NCBI GenBank assembly: GCA_964016885.1
Contig: OZ024746.1
Location: forward strand, 51,770,001 to 51,834,000
DNA: 64,000 bases
Source of the DNA: Eledone cirrhosa
Taxonomy: Eukaryota
Reading direction: 5' to 3'
The notes beneath the pieces are model-generated. The model was not told the origin of the DNA and searched no databases. It saw nothing but the letters and a program-made list of their open reading frames with translations. Made by a program: the position numbers and the translations under genes. Shown one piece after another: positions 50,413 through 63,624 of this stretch (position 1 is the first letter of the stretch; each line of letters starts with the position of its first letter).

Positions 50413-50467
<55 letters not shown>

Positions 50468-50469
<2 letters not shown>

Positions 50470-50581
50470 TTGAAATAAAATGAAAACGAAATTTCATTTC
50501 TCACTCTTAGTATGGCACTTACTTAAATGTAAGTATGTATGTATACGTACATACATATATGTATACAGACGTACAGTAGCA

Positions 50582-50639
<58 letters not shown>

Positions 50640-51187
50640 CAGGTACACATACATATATGCACGCATCAGTTTAGCGGACGCTTATTATAACGCCGCTTTG
50701 TTCGTTTGTAAACAAACTGAACAGCCTGAATTTATGCCATACGGTGTTAAGGCAACCACGTCACCTTTTTGTTCAACACTGACACAGGAACGATGTACTA
50801 GTTTCAAGCTTGTTAGCTATCATCAGCACCGTATACCCATCTGCCAGATAGTTGAACGTTCGAAAGTATATATATATATCGTTTTCGGTATGCCTGACCG
50901 ATTTAACTCACTCAATATGCAAATTAGGCTGCTCAGCCGTTAATTTTCATAAGGAAAGTATATACTTTCGAACGTTCAACTATCTGGCAGATGGGTATAC
51001 GGTGCTGATGATAGCTAACAAGCTTGAAACTAGTACATCGTTCCTGTGTCAGTGTTGAACAAAAAGGTGACGTGGTTGCCTTAACACCGTATGGTATAAA
51101 TTCAGGCTGTTCAGTTTGTTTACAAACGAACAAAGCGGCGTTATAATAAGCGTCCGCTAAACTGATGCATATATGTATGTGTACCTG

Positions 51188-51265
<78 letters not shown>

Positions 51266-51315
51266 TGCTACTGTACGTCTGTATACATATATGTATGTAC
51301 GTATACATACATACT

Positions 51316-51320
<5 letters not shown>
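50468..51320 (-). mobile_element. Fold-back family D (tail 50468-50530, arms ~50531-50872 / 50959-51318)
   Basis: About 340-bp inverted arms. The same tail recurs at 63501-63590. Confidence 0.88.
50999..51041 (+). ncRNA. Minimal type I hammerhead ribozyme (family D; mirror copy 50790-50832 on minus)
   Basis: acggtg-CTGATGA-t-agct-aaca-agct-t-GAAAC-ta-GTA-catcgt, with palindromic stem III ACTAGT. Confidence 0.85.
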
Positions 51321-51381
<61 letters not shown>

Positions 51382-51879
51382 TATATATATATATACGTAC
51401 ACACTCACACAGACACGCACATACATTCGTATCTTTCACTCAAGACAAGAACACAATCTTTCAACTAACACCTTACCATTTGCCGAAAACCCATCAACTG
51501 GAAAGGCCGAAACGAAACCAGATTTGATCGTTATTATTATTATTATTATTTATTTATTTATCTTTATTTATTTATTTATTTATTTATTTATTTGTGAACC
51601 TATCTCAGTTTCACGAGACTGGGCTTTCTTTCTTTCTTTCTTTTTTCCTTCCTTTTTATATTTATTTACGTATATTATATTATTTATCATTGCTAGTTCT
51701 TGTAGTTTCATTTTTCAGTAGTCTAACGTCTATTGCGTGTTTTCGTTATGCAACCCAGAGCAACTCTATTTGTCTTGGACACATGCACCGTTTTGCTTTC
51801 TATTTATAACATTTTCTTTTGTACAGAAAATACTCTACGTAATTTGTATACAGCACATGTTAGTGTTATATGCTGTATG

Positions 51880-52640
51880 CTATGTACGTGTGTAAGTTCT
51901 AGAGTACTCTATGTAATATATGTAGAATACATAGTAAAACGATTTCCTATATTCTTATATGTGTGTTCAGTGTCTAATATTGCTAATTTTTATATATTGT
52001 GTATATGTATAGGTCCTGGGGTATTCTATGTAATATGAGCTCAGTATCTAGTAGTTCCCTTCCCTGAATATTGTCTGTGTGTAAATCCTGGAGGACTCTA
52101 TGTAATATATGTAGAGCAGGGATGTCAAACTGAGGGTCCTCCGAGGGCTACATAGGTCACGTGTTGTTTGAGGGCCACACACAACAACTAATTGCGCACA
52201 TTACAACTAATTTTTTAAATTTTATATTACGAAGATGAAACATACACGCGCTGTAAAAAACCTTTTTGCGGGTCGCAGGTGTGCTTGTAAAGGGCCGCAT
52301 GTCTGGCGTAGAGTACCTAGTAAAGCGATTTTCTATACGTTTGTATCTGTAAACCCAAGAGTATTCTATGTAATATGTGTTCAGTGTCTAATACTGTTCA
52401 TTTCTGTATACTGTGTATATGTGTAGGTATCTAGCAGTTCTATTTCCTGAATATTGTGTAGGTGTGTAAGTCCTAGAGGACTTCATTTAATATGTATACT
52501 ATACTTATTAGCGCTGTTTTCTGTATATTGTGTATAGATGTAAGTTCTCGATTATTCTACATATGTACAGTGCTTAGTGGCGGTATTTTCTGTGTATGTA
52601 AGTCCTGGTGTACTCTACATGACGTGTAGTACCTAGTATA
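51880..52640. repeat. Degenerate ~65-100-bp minisatellite
   Basis: Recurring gtaagtcctagagtactctatgtaatat-like unit. Confidence 0.6.
52117..52305. mobile_element. hAT (Charlie-like) MITE
   Basis: Starts cagggatgtcaaact, has gagggcc/gggccgcatg motifs, ends ctg. 8-bp TSD atgtagag / gcgtagag. Confidence 0.65.
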
Positions 52641-52679
52641 GTTACTTAGTATGAGATAAGGGAATTCACAGGAAATAAG

Positions 52680-53240
52680 AATGGTACATTAGACTTAGAC
52701 ATCGATACTAGGGAATAAAATCACACAATCATTCATTAAATACTTAAGGGTAGATGAAACTGCAGACATGAATCACACGGAAATGAAAGGGAACATTACG
52801 AAAACGTACCATGAGTTAGTTAAACTAATATTAAAAACTAAACACAATGCTAGAAATAAGATAGAAGGTATTTATACGCTAGCCATACTGTTATAAATTA
52901 CAGCTTCAATAGAATAAACTAGAAATTAACTGAATTGCAAAACTTTGAAAGAAAGAACATGAAACTACAAAGAAAATATCAAAGCCATCACCCCAAAGGC
53001 AATATGTGTATAATATGCCTGCCCCGCACAAAAGCAGAACGTGTTCTATTACAAATAACAAAAATTGCTATAAATTAACAACAGTCTGACAGGAAAAATA
53101 CTTAGAGGCAAGTAGAGGAAGAGTTATAGGCGTAATAAAGAAACATGAAAACAAAAATACAATAAATAAACCAAAAACCATTTCTTTATATGTAAAGAAG
53201 TGATAAACTACAATATAGAAGTGAACATCATTGAAACAAC
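52680..53240 (+). pseudogene. Degraded Dong/R4-type RT fragment
   Basis: YLRVDE..MKGNI..LILKTKHNARNKIEGIYTLAI aligns with ORF 14948-17071 (YLGVCE..AILRTELNARNRIDAINTLAI). Confidence 0.75.
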
Positions 53241-53250
53241 AGATTTAAGA

Positions 53251-53286
<36 letters not shown>

Positions 53287-53306
53287 TTTTTGCATTTCTT
53301 GCAATA

Positions 53307-53364
<58 letters not shown>

Positions 53365-53409
53365 CACAGTATATCTATAGATATATATATATACATATAT
53401 ATATACATG

Positions 53410-53475
<66 letters not shown>

Positions 53476-53971
53476 TTTTTTTTTTTTTTTTTGCAATTCT
53501 TGCAATAACTACACATTTTGAATGCATCCGCCAAAAACCGGGGTTACCTTCCTTGCAGGGTAAACACGTGGGGTAATCACTCCACCATTACTACTGAATT
53601 GAACCCGCTGAGAACAAAATACCTGTTGACGAAATGGCAGCCTTGTTCGATCGTTATATCAAAAGCTTACAACGAAAGCAGGCAGTATAATTGATTTAGG
53701 TGTCACAGAAACCTCCCACTAGATTCTACCATCAATTTCCAGGAGGTCCGGGTAAATTATTTTGTTAACCTGTTTAGCTTGCTTCGTTTTTTTCTTTGGC
53801 TCCGGTGGCTGATAGCTTCAGGACCACCGTTTTCATTTTGTCTGGCCTCTATAACGTATGTTTATTGCTCTGGTCTTCTTTTAGTCCATTGAGCGCTTGC
53901 CGCATTTTTCGAAGATGTGTTTCGCTTTGTTTTCGGCCACCGCCGAAATACGATCTCGCTGAAATGATATT

Positions 53972-53989
<18 letters not shown>

Positions 53990-54010
<21 letters not shown>

Positions 54011-54245
54011 GAATATGTCTGTTTGTCTGTATGTAGGCGATGCATTTCCACAGTTTCCATCCGATTTTGTTCAATTCAAAACAGGTTATTTAGCTACCGG
54101 AGCATGTCAACATATGGTTTAAATCTTACTCTCCCCTAAAATAGCAGAGTTCTGGGGCTAATTAAAGACTGCAATGTTGAGGGGTGAGGGGTCTTTATTG
54201 ACATTGGCGAAAGCTGTGCCCGGCAACGACGGGATATTTTGCTAA
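53990..54245 (+). mobile_element. Non-autonomous Helitron
   Basis: (TA)n-aaacgaatatgtctgtttgtctg head, subterminal hairpin cccggcaacgacggg at 54219-54233, terminal gctaa (degenerate CTAG). Confidence 0.65.
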
Positions 54246-54274
54246 TGTAACATAAAACATTATTAAAATGGAAT

Positions 54275-54462
54275 TGGATTGGCAGTATCGGTAGAGGGTC
54301 GGACGCCATGCTTTGCAGCATAGAGTTACGACCCTTTATGATCTGAGTTCAAATCCCGCCGAGGTTAACTTTACATTTCATCCTTACGGGGTCGATAAAA
54401 TAAAGTACCAGTAATACACTGTGATAAATGCTGGCCTTGTGCCAAAAGTAGAAACAATTATT
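54275..54462 (+). mobile_element. tRNA-derived SINE with TSD attattaaaatggaatt
   Basis: Full SINE consensus. attattaaaatggaatt is present on both sides. Confidence 0.9.
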
Positions 54463-54741
54463 AAAATGGAATTACAAAATATAACTAAATAAAGAGAACA
54501 AAAAATAGATATACAAATACTTAGGAATCAATGAACTAGACGGATTTCAACACACAGATGAAAGAAAAAATTAGAAAGTAATACAATAGATGGATTAGAT
54601 TACTACTTAAGACAGGACTAAATGCAAATAATAAGGTAATAGGGATAAATACTCTAGCGGTCCTGGTAATAAGCTATAGTTTCAACATTCTAACCTGGAC
54701 ACTAAAAGAACTAGCAGAACTAGACAGAAAAGCGGGAAAAA

Positions 54742-55000
54742 TAATTGTTTCTACTTTTGGCACAAGGCCAGCAATTACCAGTGTATTACTGGTACTTTAT
54801 TTTATCGACCCCGAAAGGATGAAAGGCAAAGTTAACCTCGGCGGGATTTAAACTCAGAATGGCAAGGGAAAAATAATTGTTTCTACGTTATGCACAAGGC
54901 CAGCAATTACCCAGTGTATTACTGGTACTTTATTTTATCGACCCCGTAAGGATGAAAGGCAAAGTTAACCTCGGCGGGATTTGAACTCAGAATGGCAAGG
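54742..55000 (-). mobile_element. Tandem dimer of identically truncated SINEs
   Basis: gggaaaaataat occurs three times (~54734, 54866, 54999), bracketing two copies. Confidence 0.85.
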
Positions 55001-55031
55001 GAAAAATAATGACTGTATTTAGAATACACCA

Positions 55032-55363
55032 ATTAACACAACTGTTTTAATTGGACGACAAGGTCACTTCAGAAACTCTCTACATTTCAGAACCACACCA
55101 TGAGATTTATGACTATATCAGTGAGCTGCTCAACGTCAAGTCAAGAGTACTCAAACTATACGGCCATATAAAAAGATCAACTCGTGGTGTGAGTAGTTTA
55201 TGCCTGGAAGGAAGGTTGGCCGGCAGCCAAAATGATGGCTTGACAATGTCAACTTATGATCTATGCTCTTTGAACACAGCTGTTGGTGATCGAACTTTGT
55301 GGAGAGAGATATCACATGTTAATGCACAGTCTGCAACTGGCGGAGTTTAGCGTCACAAGAGAG
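55032..55363 (+). mobile_element. RTE/BovB-like LINE 3' fragment with 11-bp TSD AGAATACACCA
   Basis: LKLYGHIKR..LEG..DRTLWR, short (GA) tail, TSD at 55021-55031 and 55364-55374. Confidence 0.75.
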
Positions 55364-55554
55364 AGAATACACCACAACAAATCAGATAGAGAAAGATTAT
55401 ACCTAGCACGCAGACAGGGAGGATGAGGTCTTAGAAGACTAGAAGAATAATATAAAATAACCAGTTTAGGACTAGAAAAATATCGAATGAAAATTAATGG
55501 AAAGTCAATACAAATAACCAAGAAACATGAACAAAACAAAAACAAAGTTTATAA

Positions 55555-56312
55555 TAATTGTTTCTACTTTAGGCACTAGGCCAGCAATTTAAAGGGGAGG
55601 GGAAAGTCGATTAAATCGACCTCAGTTGGTTACTGGTGCCTTATTTTATCGACCCCGTAAGGATGAAAGGCAAAGCTAACCTCAGCAGGATTTAAACTCA
55701 GATCGTATGTTGTCCGACGCTCTACTGCCCTTATAATGGTCTCTAATTTTGGCACCAGACCAGCAGTTTGTTGGAAGGGAAAGTCAATTATAACGACTCC
55801 AGTACTTTACTGGTACTTTATTTTATTGATACCAAAATCGTAAATGGCAAAAGTTGACCTCGGTGTGATTTGAACTCGGAATGTAAAGATCTGGAAAATT
55901 ATATTACTATACATTTGTCCGGCGCTCTAACGATTCTGTCAGTCTAGCACCCTTAAAACCTTCGAATTTATGACAAAGTCAATAGCTTTGGTTGGAAGGG
56001 GGGGGGGGGGTTATAACGACGCAGTACTTGAATGGTACTTCATTTTAGCGAGTCAGGAAAAATGAAAGAAGTTGACGTGATGGGATTTGAAACCAGAACT
56101 GAAAGATTCGGAATAAATAGTGTTAAGCATTTGTCCGATATTCTAATCGCTCTGCCAAACTATCGCCCTTGGTTTCTAATTTTGGCACAAGGCCAGCAAT
56201 TATGTAGGTGTGGCAAGTCAGTTCTATCGACCCTAGTATTTCACTGGTACTTTATTTCATCGACATCGGAAGGATAAATTGAAAAGTTGACCTCGGTGGG
56301 ATATTAACTCAA
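55555..56312 (-). mobile_element. Cluster of about 4 older, diverged SINEs
   Basis: Diverged SINE consensus on the minus strand. Confidence 0.7.
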
Positions 56313-56541
56313 ACAGTAACTATATAGAATGTTGTCTAGTATTTCTGATCTACCACGTAAACTTCTGCCAAAGTGGAAATATTCGAACTGACAAGCCGAA
56401 AAATGATATGAAGGTTTCTGAGGAAGAAGTTAGATTGAAATCCTGAAGTGATGAAAATGTTTGTGACAGACCGACACAGATACATTTAGTGTGTAAATTA
56501 TATTCTATGATAGATAACAAAATGGAACTGGTTCCCTCCCA

Positions 56542-56543
<2 letters not shown>

Positions 56544-56630
<87 letters not shown>

Positions 56631-56644
56631 CTCTCTCTTTCCCT

Positions 56645-56679
<35 letters not shown>

Positions 56680-57106
56680 CTTTGTATATATATATATATA
56701 TATATATACACGCATATATGTCTGTGTATACGTATATATATATATTTATATATTTATTTATATGTATGTATGCATGTATGTCTGTCTATACATATATATA
56801 TATATACACACACACAAATAAATATATATGCATATATATATATAAATATATATATATAAGGTAACACCAGCACAGTGTGATTCAGAATAAAGGAGTATAG
56901 AAACCTATATATATATACATATATATACATACATATATACATATATACATACATGAATATATAGCATATATACATACATACATATATGCATACATACATA
57001 CATGCATACATACATACACGCATACATACATGCATACATACATACATACATACATACATACATACATACATACATACATACATAGATATAAATACATACT
57101 TATACA

Positions 57107-57139
<33 letters not shown>

Positions 57140-57570
57140 GTATATACATACATACATGCACTCATACATACATAAAAGCATCCATACATACGTAACAGCA
57201 TTCATACATATATACATGCATACATATATACATACATACATGCATACTTACATACATAACAGCATTCATACATACATACGTAACAGCAATCATACATATA
57301 TACATACATATATACATACATGCATACATACATACATATATACATACATGCATACATACATACATATATACATACATGCATACTTGCATACATATATACA
57401 TTCATACATACATACTTACTTACATACATGCATACTTGCATACATATATACATGCATTCATACATACATACATACATACATACATACATACATACATACA
57501 TACATACATACATACATACATACAGACAGACAGACAGACAGACAGACATCTACACATATATACACACACA
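56544..57570. repeat. (TC)n, (TA)n and (TACA)n microsatellites
   Basis: Direct reading. Confidence 0.9.
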
Positions 57571-57957
57571 AAGTGCAGAAGGACTTTAAATTGACAACTG
57601 ACAGCCCGCTAATTAAATCTTGGCTAGGTAAGCCACCCGTAACCAACATTATCTGTATTCCACCCGATTGTGTTCTTGTTACCCCACTTAACATCACTGA
57701 GGCATGGATGGTGGTCTGTGACGTCAACACATACCTTCACAGTACTTCTGTTACCATCCAACCTCTCTCTATAATCGACAGCATGTCAATATCCACTTAG
57801 GGACCTATGTGTGCGTGTTTGTGCGTGTGTGTGCGTGTGTGTGTGTGTGTGTGTGTATATACACATATTTATATATATGTAATATATATATATATAAATG
57901 TAAATATATATATGTATATTTATTTATATGTAATATATATATATATATGTACATATG

Positions 57958-58070
<113 letters not shown>

Positions 58071-58129
58071 TGCCCACTCGTTATCGAGTATGGCCATTGC
58101 ACGAGGAGAAAGAAAAAAAAAAAAAAAAA

Positions 58130-58149
<20 letters not shown>

Positions 58150-58173
<24 letters not shown>

Positions 58174-58540
58174 TTTCATTTATTAGCCACAAGGGTCGAC
58201 ATGTAGGGGACAATACAAAGACAGGGACAGTGGGGGTTTACAATAAGGTCGAGTAAAAGTGCACAATGGCAAGACTAATTTAACAATGAAAATATAAAAA
58301 TATAAAATAAACTATGCAAAATAAATTCCCCGATAGGGGGTGGACGACCCTGGGGTGATTCGGGTACCCCACCGATCCTGAACCACCCTGCGCTTCTAGG
58401 GCACCCAGGAGAGCACCCCTCTCCTCAAGTTAGCCAGCCTATAGGCGCATGGTCAGAGTAGGCCCATTCACACGAGCCATTCTCGCCACATTCACCCACC
58501 TTTTAGCAAATGTACTGGGGGGCAGCACTTCTCTCTCCAT
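58150..58540 (-). mobile_element. Tx1-like LINE 3' end in (TAA)n
   Basis: MEREVLPPSTFAKRWVNVARMARVNGPTLTMRL* matches the C-terminus of the 32254 ORF. TAA repeats on both sides. Confidence 0.85.
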
Positions 58541-58764
58541 AATAATAATAAATAAATAAAAATAAAATAAAAATTTAAAAAAAAAGAAATATATATACAT
58601 ACACATACACACACACACACACATACACAGACATACATTAATAACAATAATAATAATCATAACAACAATAATAATAACGACAACAACAATAATAATATAC
58701 ATATACATATATATATATACACACACACGCACACACAAGCATATCTACACACACACACACACAC

Positions 58765-61700
58765 ACACGATAGCAACTAACAGCGCTGCGATCGAATGTG
58801 GCTTTTTAGCCCAGCCAATGATCTAAAATGTCTTGCACAGAGTCGGCAACCAAAACATTCACTGGGAATAGTCGGCTGTGGTTGGAGTTCGTGTACTTTT
58901 GCATGTCGCTTGAGCCCTCCTGCTGATTTACATTCTCTACCACATGTTTGGCAAGCATGATGAGTAGCATCTCCAACAGCAGCCTGGTAGTCAACCACTG
59001 GTCTTACTTTATGACTGCGAAGATGACTTTCGAGTCCAGCTTTGCTTAGGCAGAGTCTCGCACATACGCTGCATGTCAGCACCATAGGAGGACCCTCGCC
59101 GTCTGGAAGTGCAACAGCAATGCCCTTCCTCACATCCCGCTTTACTTTCTCGTATGCAATTCGAGATGCCTCAAAGGCAACTTTCCCTCATATACTGTCT
59201 TTCTCCATTTATTACGATCAGCAGCAATATTCTCCCATGTATCAGCAGAGATGTTAGCGTCTTTCAGAGAGGCTTTCAAGGAATCCTTATACATCCTTTT
59301 TGGTTTATGTGGCGGTCGTTTTCCTTTAACCAACTCTCCATAAAAGTGTTGTTTTGGTATTCTAGAATCCTTCATCCTGGCAAGGTGACCACTCCAACGG
59401 AGTCGTTGCTTAAGCACAAGAGCTTCTATACTGTCACACATAGAGCTTTCCAAAATCTCGACATCGCTGATGTGGTCTCTCCAGTGAACGCCATGGATCC
59501 GTCTGAGACACATCTGATGGAAACGCTCCAATTGCTTAAGGTGGTGTCGATATGTGACCCAGGTCTCGCAGGCATAAAGAAGACAAGAGAGCACACATGC
59601 CCTGTACACCTTTACCTTTGTCCTCCTGCATATATCTCGCCGACCCCAGAGTCGCCTTTCTAGCTTTCCGAAAGCATCATTTGCTTTCCTAATCCTAAGT
59701 GAGATTTCACTGTCAAGGTTGCTGTATCGATTGACAGTGCTTCCCAGGTAGACAAACTGATCAACCACTCCAAGTCGTTTGCCATACACATAGATGTTTG
59801 GTTCAGTGTACTGTTACCAGGGGCAGGTTGGTACATGACGACGGTTTTCTTGAGACTGACAGTCAGACCTAGGGCAGTGCAAGCGTCAGAAAATGTATTC
59901 AAAATGTGCTGCATATCACTCTCTGTGTGCGCTACAAGATCGCAATCATCTGCATACAAGAGGTCTCTTATGATTGATGTAAATACCTTTGTCTTCGCAG
60001 CAAAGCGCTTGATGTTAAATATGCTGCCTGAGGTTCGATATCGGATGTAAACACCATGCTCGCAATTCCTGAATGCAATACAGAAAACCATTGCAAAGTA
60101 TATGGCAAACAGAGTCGGTGCTGGAATATCCCCCTGTTTCACTCCATTTTTTACTGAGATAGGCTCTGACATGTTACCCCCGACATTAACCCAAGCCTTC
60201 ATGTCGTCATGGAAAGACCTAACTAAAGCAAGGAACTTATCAGGGCAACCAAGTTTCCGAAGAACCTTCCATAATGCATCTCTGTTAACAGTATCGAAAG
60301 CTTTTGTCAGATCGACAAAAACCTGATACAGATCCAAGCCTTGTTCCATGCACTTCTCCTGGAGCTGTCTAGCTGAGAAGATCATATCAGTAGTGCCGCG
60401 TCCAGCACGTAAACCAGATTGACTTTCAGGAAGAACACGATCTGCAATGTGTGTCAGCAGACGGTCCAGAAGCACCCTACATAAAACTTTCCCTACGACA
60501 GAAAGCAATGATATACCTCTGTAGTTCCCACAATCGTTCCTGTTACCCTTTCCCTTGTACAATACCACCATTACTGCATCTCTCCAGTCCTCAGGTACGG
60601 ATTCATTAGCCCATATCCTGCCAAACAAAGAGTGAAGATGTTGCAGGAGTCTCTCACCACCATATTGTAGGAGCTCAGCATGTATGCCATCCATACCTGG
60701 AGATCTTCCACTGTTCAGCTTCGAAATAGCCACTGCAACCTCCACAAGCGTCGGAGGTTCTGCGAGAGCTACTTTCACAAGACTTTCTGGAATGAGATTG
60801 AGGAAATCTTCACTGACGACAGACGGCTGATTCAAAAGATCATCAAAGTGCTCTCGCCACCTTCGTAGAATTCCTTGTGAGTCACAAAGAAGTTCTTTGC
60901 CATCCTTGCTGCGAAGCAGTGTCACCAGAGAAGAAGACGGTCCATAAACCTCACGCAAGAGACTGTACAACAGCTTTGTGTTATTGGAATCAGACGCAGT
61001 TTGTATCTCACCAGCCTTCTCACTCCACCACTGATCCTTCATCTGAGAAAGACTCCGCCTAACACGTGATTTTACATCCCTGAGTTCCTCATGCAACGTA
61101 TTCCTCTCCTGTGGTTTTGCCGTCAAGTAGCGTGACAGAGCACGCCTCTTATCAGCCAACAAGTCCTCTATATGCACATCATTCTCATCAAACCAGTCCT
61201 GATGTTTCCTCTGCGCCAATCCCAGAACACGCCTGCCTACATCATAAACCGACTTTTTAAGGGTCGGCCAATCCTCACCAAGATCTGCAGCCTGCATCTC
61301 TTCTTCCAATGTCCTCTTCACATTTTTATCCTTAAGACGAGCAACATTCAATCTTTTGGGCAGGGCAACACCAGGAGCCCGGATTTTACGTTTAGTGATT
61401 AGTTTCACTTTTGCGCGTACCAGGCGGTGGTCCGTCCAGCACTCAGCTCCACGAAGAACACGAACACACTGCACATCCTGTCTGTCACGCATCCTGACTA
61501 GGACGTAGTCCAAAAGATGCCATTCCTTAGATGCAGGATGCATCCATGTGGTCTTGAATTTGTTCTTTTGTTGGAACATGGTGTTGGTAACACACAAATC
61601 CAGATCCTCACACATCTGCAGCAGGAGCATACCATTGCTGTTACACTTTCCCACCCCATGCCTTCCGATTACATTCCATGTGTTAAAATCCCTACCCACT

Positions 61701-62696
61701 CTAGCATTAAAGTCACCAAGCACGATGACTTTGTCTGCCTGAGGGATATTTCTTAAAACACCTTTCAAGGCATGGTAAAAGGACACCTTTTCCTCATCGA
61801 CAGAACTCATAGTTGGAGCATACACACTCACCAGGGTATCATATCTTCCCTTGTCCAGCGGAACTCTCATGGACATAAGACGCTCACTAATCCCTACTGG
61901 GAATTCTTCTAATTTGTTCACAAGCACAGTCTTAACAGCAAATCCTACCCCAGCCTCTCTTCTGGTTCCTTCATCTCTTCCTTTCCAGAAGAATGTATAT
62001 TCTCCACAAAATTCCGTAAGATGACCATTTCCAGCTAGCCTCGTCTCAGATAAAGCCACGATGTCAAGATCGTAACGTCGAAGCTCCTTTGCAACAAGAG
62101 CGGTCCTTCGTTCAGGACGCCCCAAGGAATCCTTGTCAAGCAGCGTCCGTACGTTCCAGCAGCCAAGACTAAATGCCTTGTTTGGCTCTATTACAATGGC
62201 ACGATGACGAGCGGGCCCAGGCTGTGATAACCTGGGGCCCCTGCCCTTATTGCCAATGATCTTTTTTGTTCCAGAACCTAAATTGCCAATTATCTCTTTT
62301 ATATTGTTCTGGAACATCATTGAATTGGAAGAAAAAAAAAAAAAAAAAAAAAGTAATAATAATAGTAATAATAATAATAATAATAATAGTTCACTATTAA
62401 TTATTATTAATGCACTCGTGCAATGCCTGTGCGTGACGAATATTTTTAAAGTGAGGAAAGATTGTGCACTGAGCTAAATCCCACTCTCTGAGCGACAGTA
62501 GCTATAACCCGAAAAGAAGAAAAGATCAACATCATCGGTAACTACTGAGCCGCAGGTTTTATGTCGGAGTTAACCCAGTTTCCTGAGATGCCTTTTCCTA
62601 GAAGAATGCCCTGACAAGGGCTAGAGGTTCTTCACTCCCAGTGGTTTAACTGCGCGATCGGGCATCCAGCCCGATTATTTCTATGTCCCCGCGCGC
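58765..62696 (-). mobile_element. RTE-clade LINE, near full-length (5' UTR ~62410-62696), 3' end at (CA)n
   Basis: Single APE+RT ORF with C2H2 fingers and an RTE-type 5' UTR. Confidence 0.9.
58777..62250 (-). pseudogene. RTE ORF: APE + RT + three C2H2 zinc fingers, two frameshifts
   Basis: GCWNVRTL, ALSETR, LGDFNARVG, TDHRLV, FVDLTKAFD, GVKQG, LYADD, RLRWSGH. Fingers CSVC..H..H, CQTC..H..H, CRLC..H. Confidence 0.93.
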
Positions 62697-62820
62697 AAAA
62701 AAAAAAAAAAAAATCACTTATTGACACTTATACGTACGACACACACACGCGCATACATATGCGCGCACACAGCAACACTCATACATACAAACAAACACAC
62801 GCATGCTACTCTACTCACTT

Positions 62821-62856
<36 letters not shown>

Positions 62857-62944
62857 TACCGTCATTACTGATACAAGATTACAAGATTATGTCAACTGTT
62901 GACTTTCAAGAGTTTGTATAGTTGAAGCCGATCGTACTACAGTC

Positions 62945-63100
62945 CAGTATTATTATAATTGCTTTACAGCACAGAGTCACGGCCCTCCACGCCCTGAGCT
63001 CAAATCCCGCCGAGGTCAACCCTCCCTTTCATCCCCACGGAGTCAACCAAAGAGAGTACCAGTGATGCGCTGGGCCAGTCGCTGGATCCGTGCCAAAAGC
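62945..63100 (+). mobile_element. Diverged SINE
   Basis: gagctcaaatcccgccgaggtcaac...agtaccagtgatgcgctgg. Confidence 0.65.
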
Positions 63101-63280
63101 ATATATATATATACATAGATATGTACATATATATATATATTACATATAAATAAATATACATATATATATTTACATTTATATATATATATTACATATATAT
63201 AAATATGTGTATATACACACACACGCTTTTCGCTGCAGTGTTTTCTATACCTTTCATTTATATATATATATATATATATA

Positions 63281-63472
63281 ACGAAGGAAATGTGGTAAGG
63301 AACCAGGTGGACCATAACGCACCAAAGTACTCAATACTTGAGGTAGTAGAGTGGGTAATAGGAACCAGTAAGACCCTGACAGCTGAGCTCAAGCCGTTTC
63401 GACGGCTAATTCTGGGTCCAGAATTAGCCGTCGAAACGGCTTGAGCTCAGCTGTCGGGGTCTTACTGGTTCC

Positions 63473-63473
<1 letters not shown>
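63281..63473 (-). mobile_element. Fold-back family H copy (hairpin 63358-63473)
   Basis: taggaaccagtaagaccctgacagctgagctcaagccgtttcgacggctaattctgg-gt-ccagaattagccgtcgaaacggc...ggttccta. Confidence 0.85.
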
Positions 63474-63500
<27 letters not shown>

Positions 63501-63503
<3 letters not shown>

Positions 63504-63584
63504 GGAATATAATGAAACGAAATTTCATTTTTCACTCTTAGTACGGCACTTACTTAGATGTAAGTATGTATGTATACATACATA

Positions 63585-63590
<6 letters not shown>
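63501..63590 (-). mobile_element. Very short family D fold-back
   Basis: Tail matches 50470-50535. Palindrome taagtatgtatgtatacatacatactta. Confidence 0.7.

Positions 63591-63619
<29 letters not shown>

Positions 63620-63624
<5 letters not shown>

Larger units (their letters stand above)
43335..50417. mobile_element. Composite Penelope-like (Naiad-like) insertion: minus 43335-45803, minus 45823-46500, plus 46500-50417
   Basis: Same family as 19838-23028. The tail ttttgcgaggttttttatatgaaatcg begins both minus segments. (TA)n flanks. Confidence 0.92.
54480..55545 (+). pseudogene. Degraded Dong/R4 RT fragment interrupted by a SINE dimer and an RTE fragment
   Basis: YKYLGINE..LLKTGLNANNK..INTLAV..SYSFN..LDRK, resuming as RIHHNKSDRERLYLARRQGG at 55364. 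Confidence 0.8.

Noticed and set aside
57570-57805. Unique island between microsatellites as a possible exon
   Set aside because: No recognisable protein or convincing splice pair.
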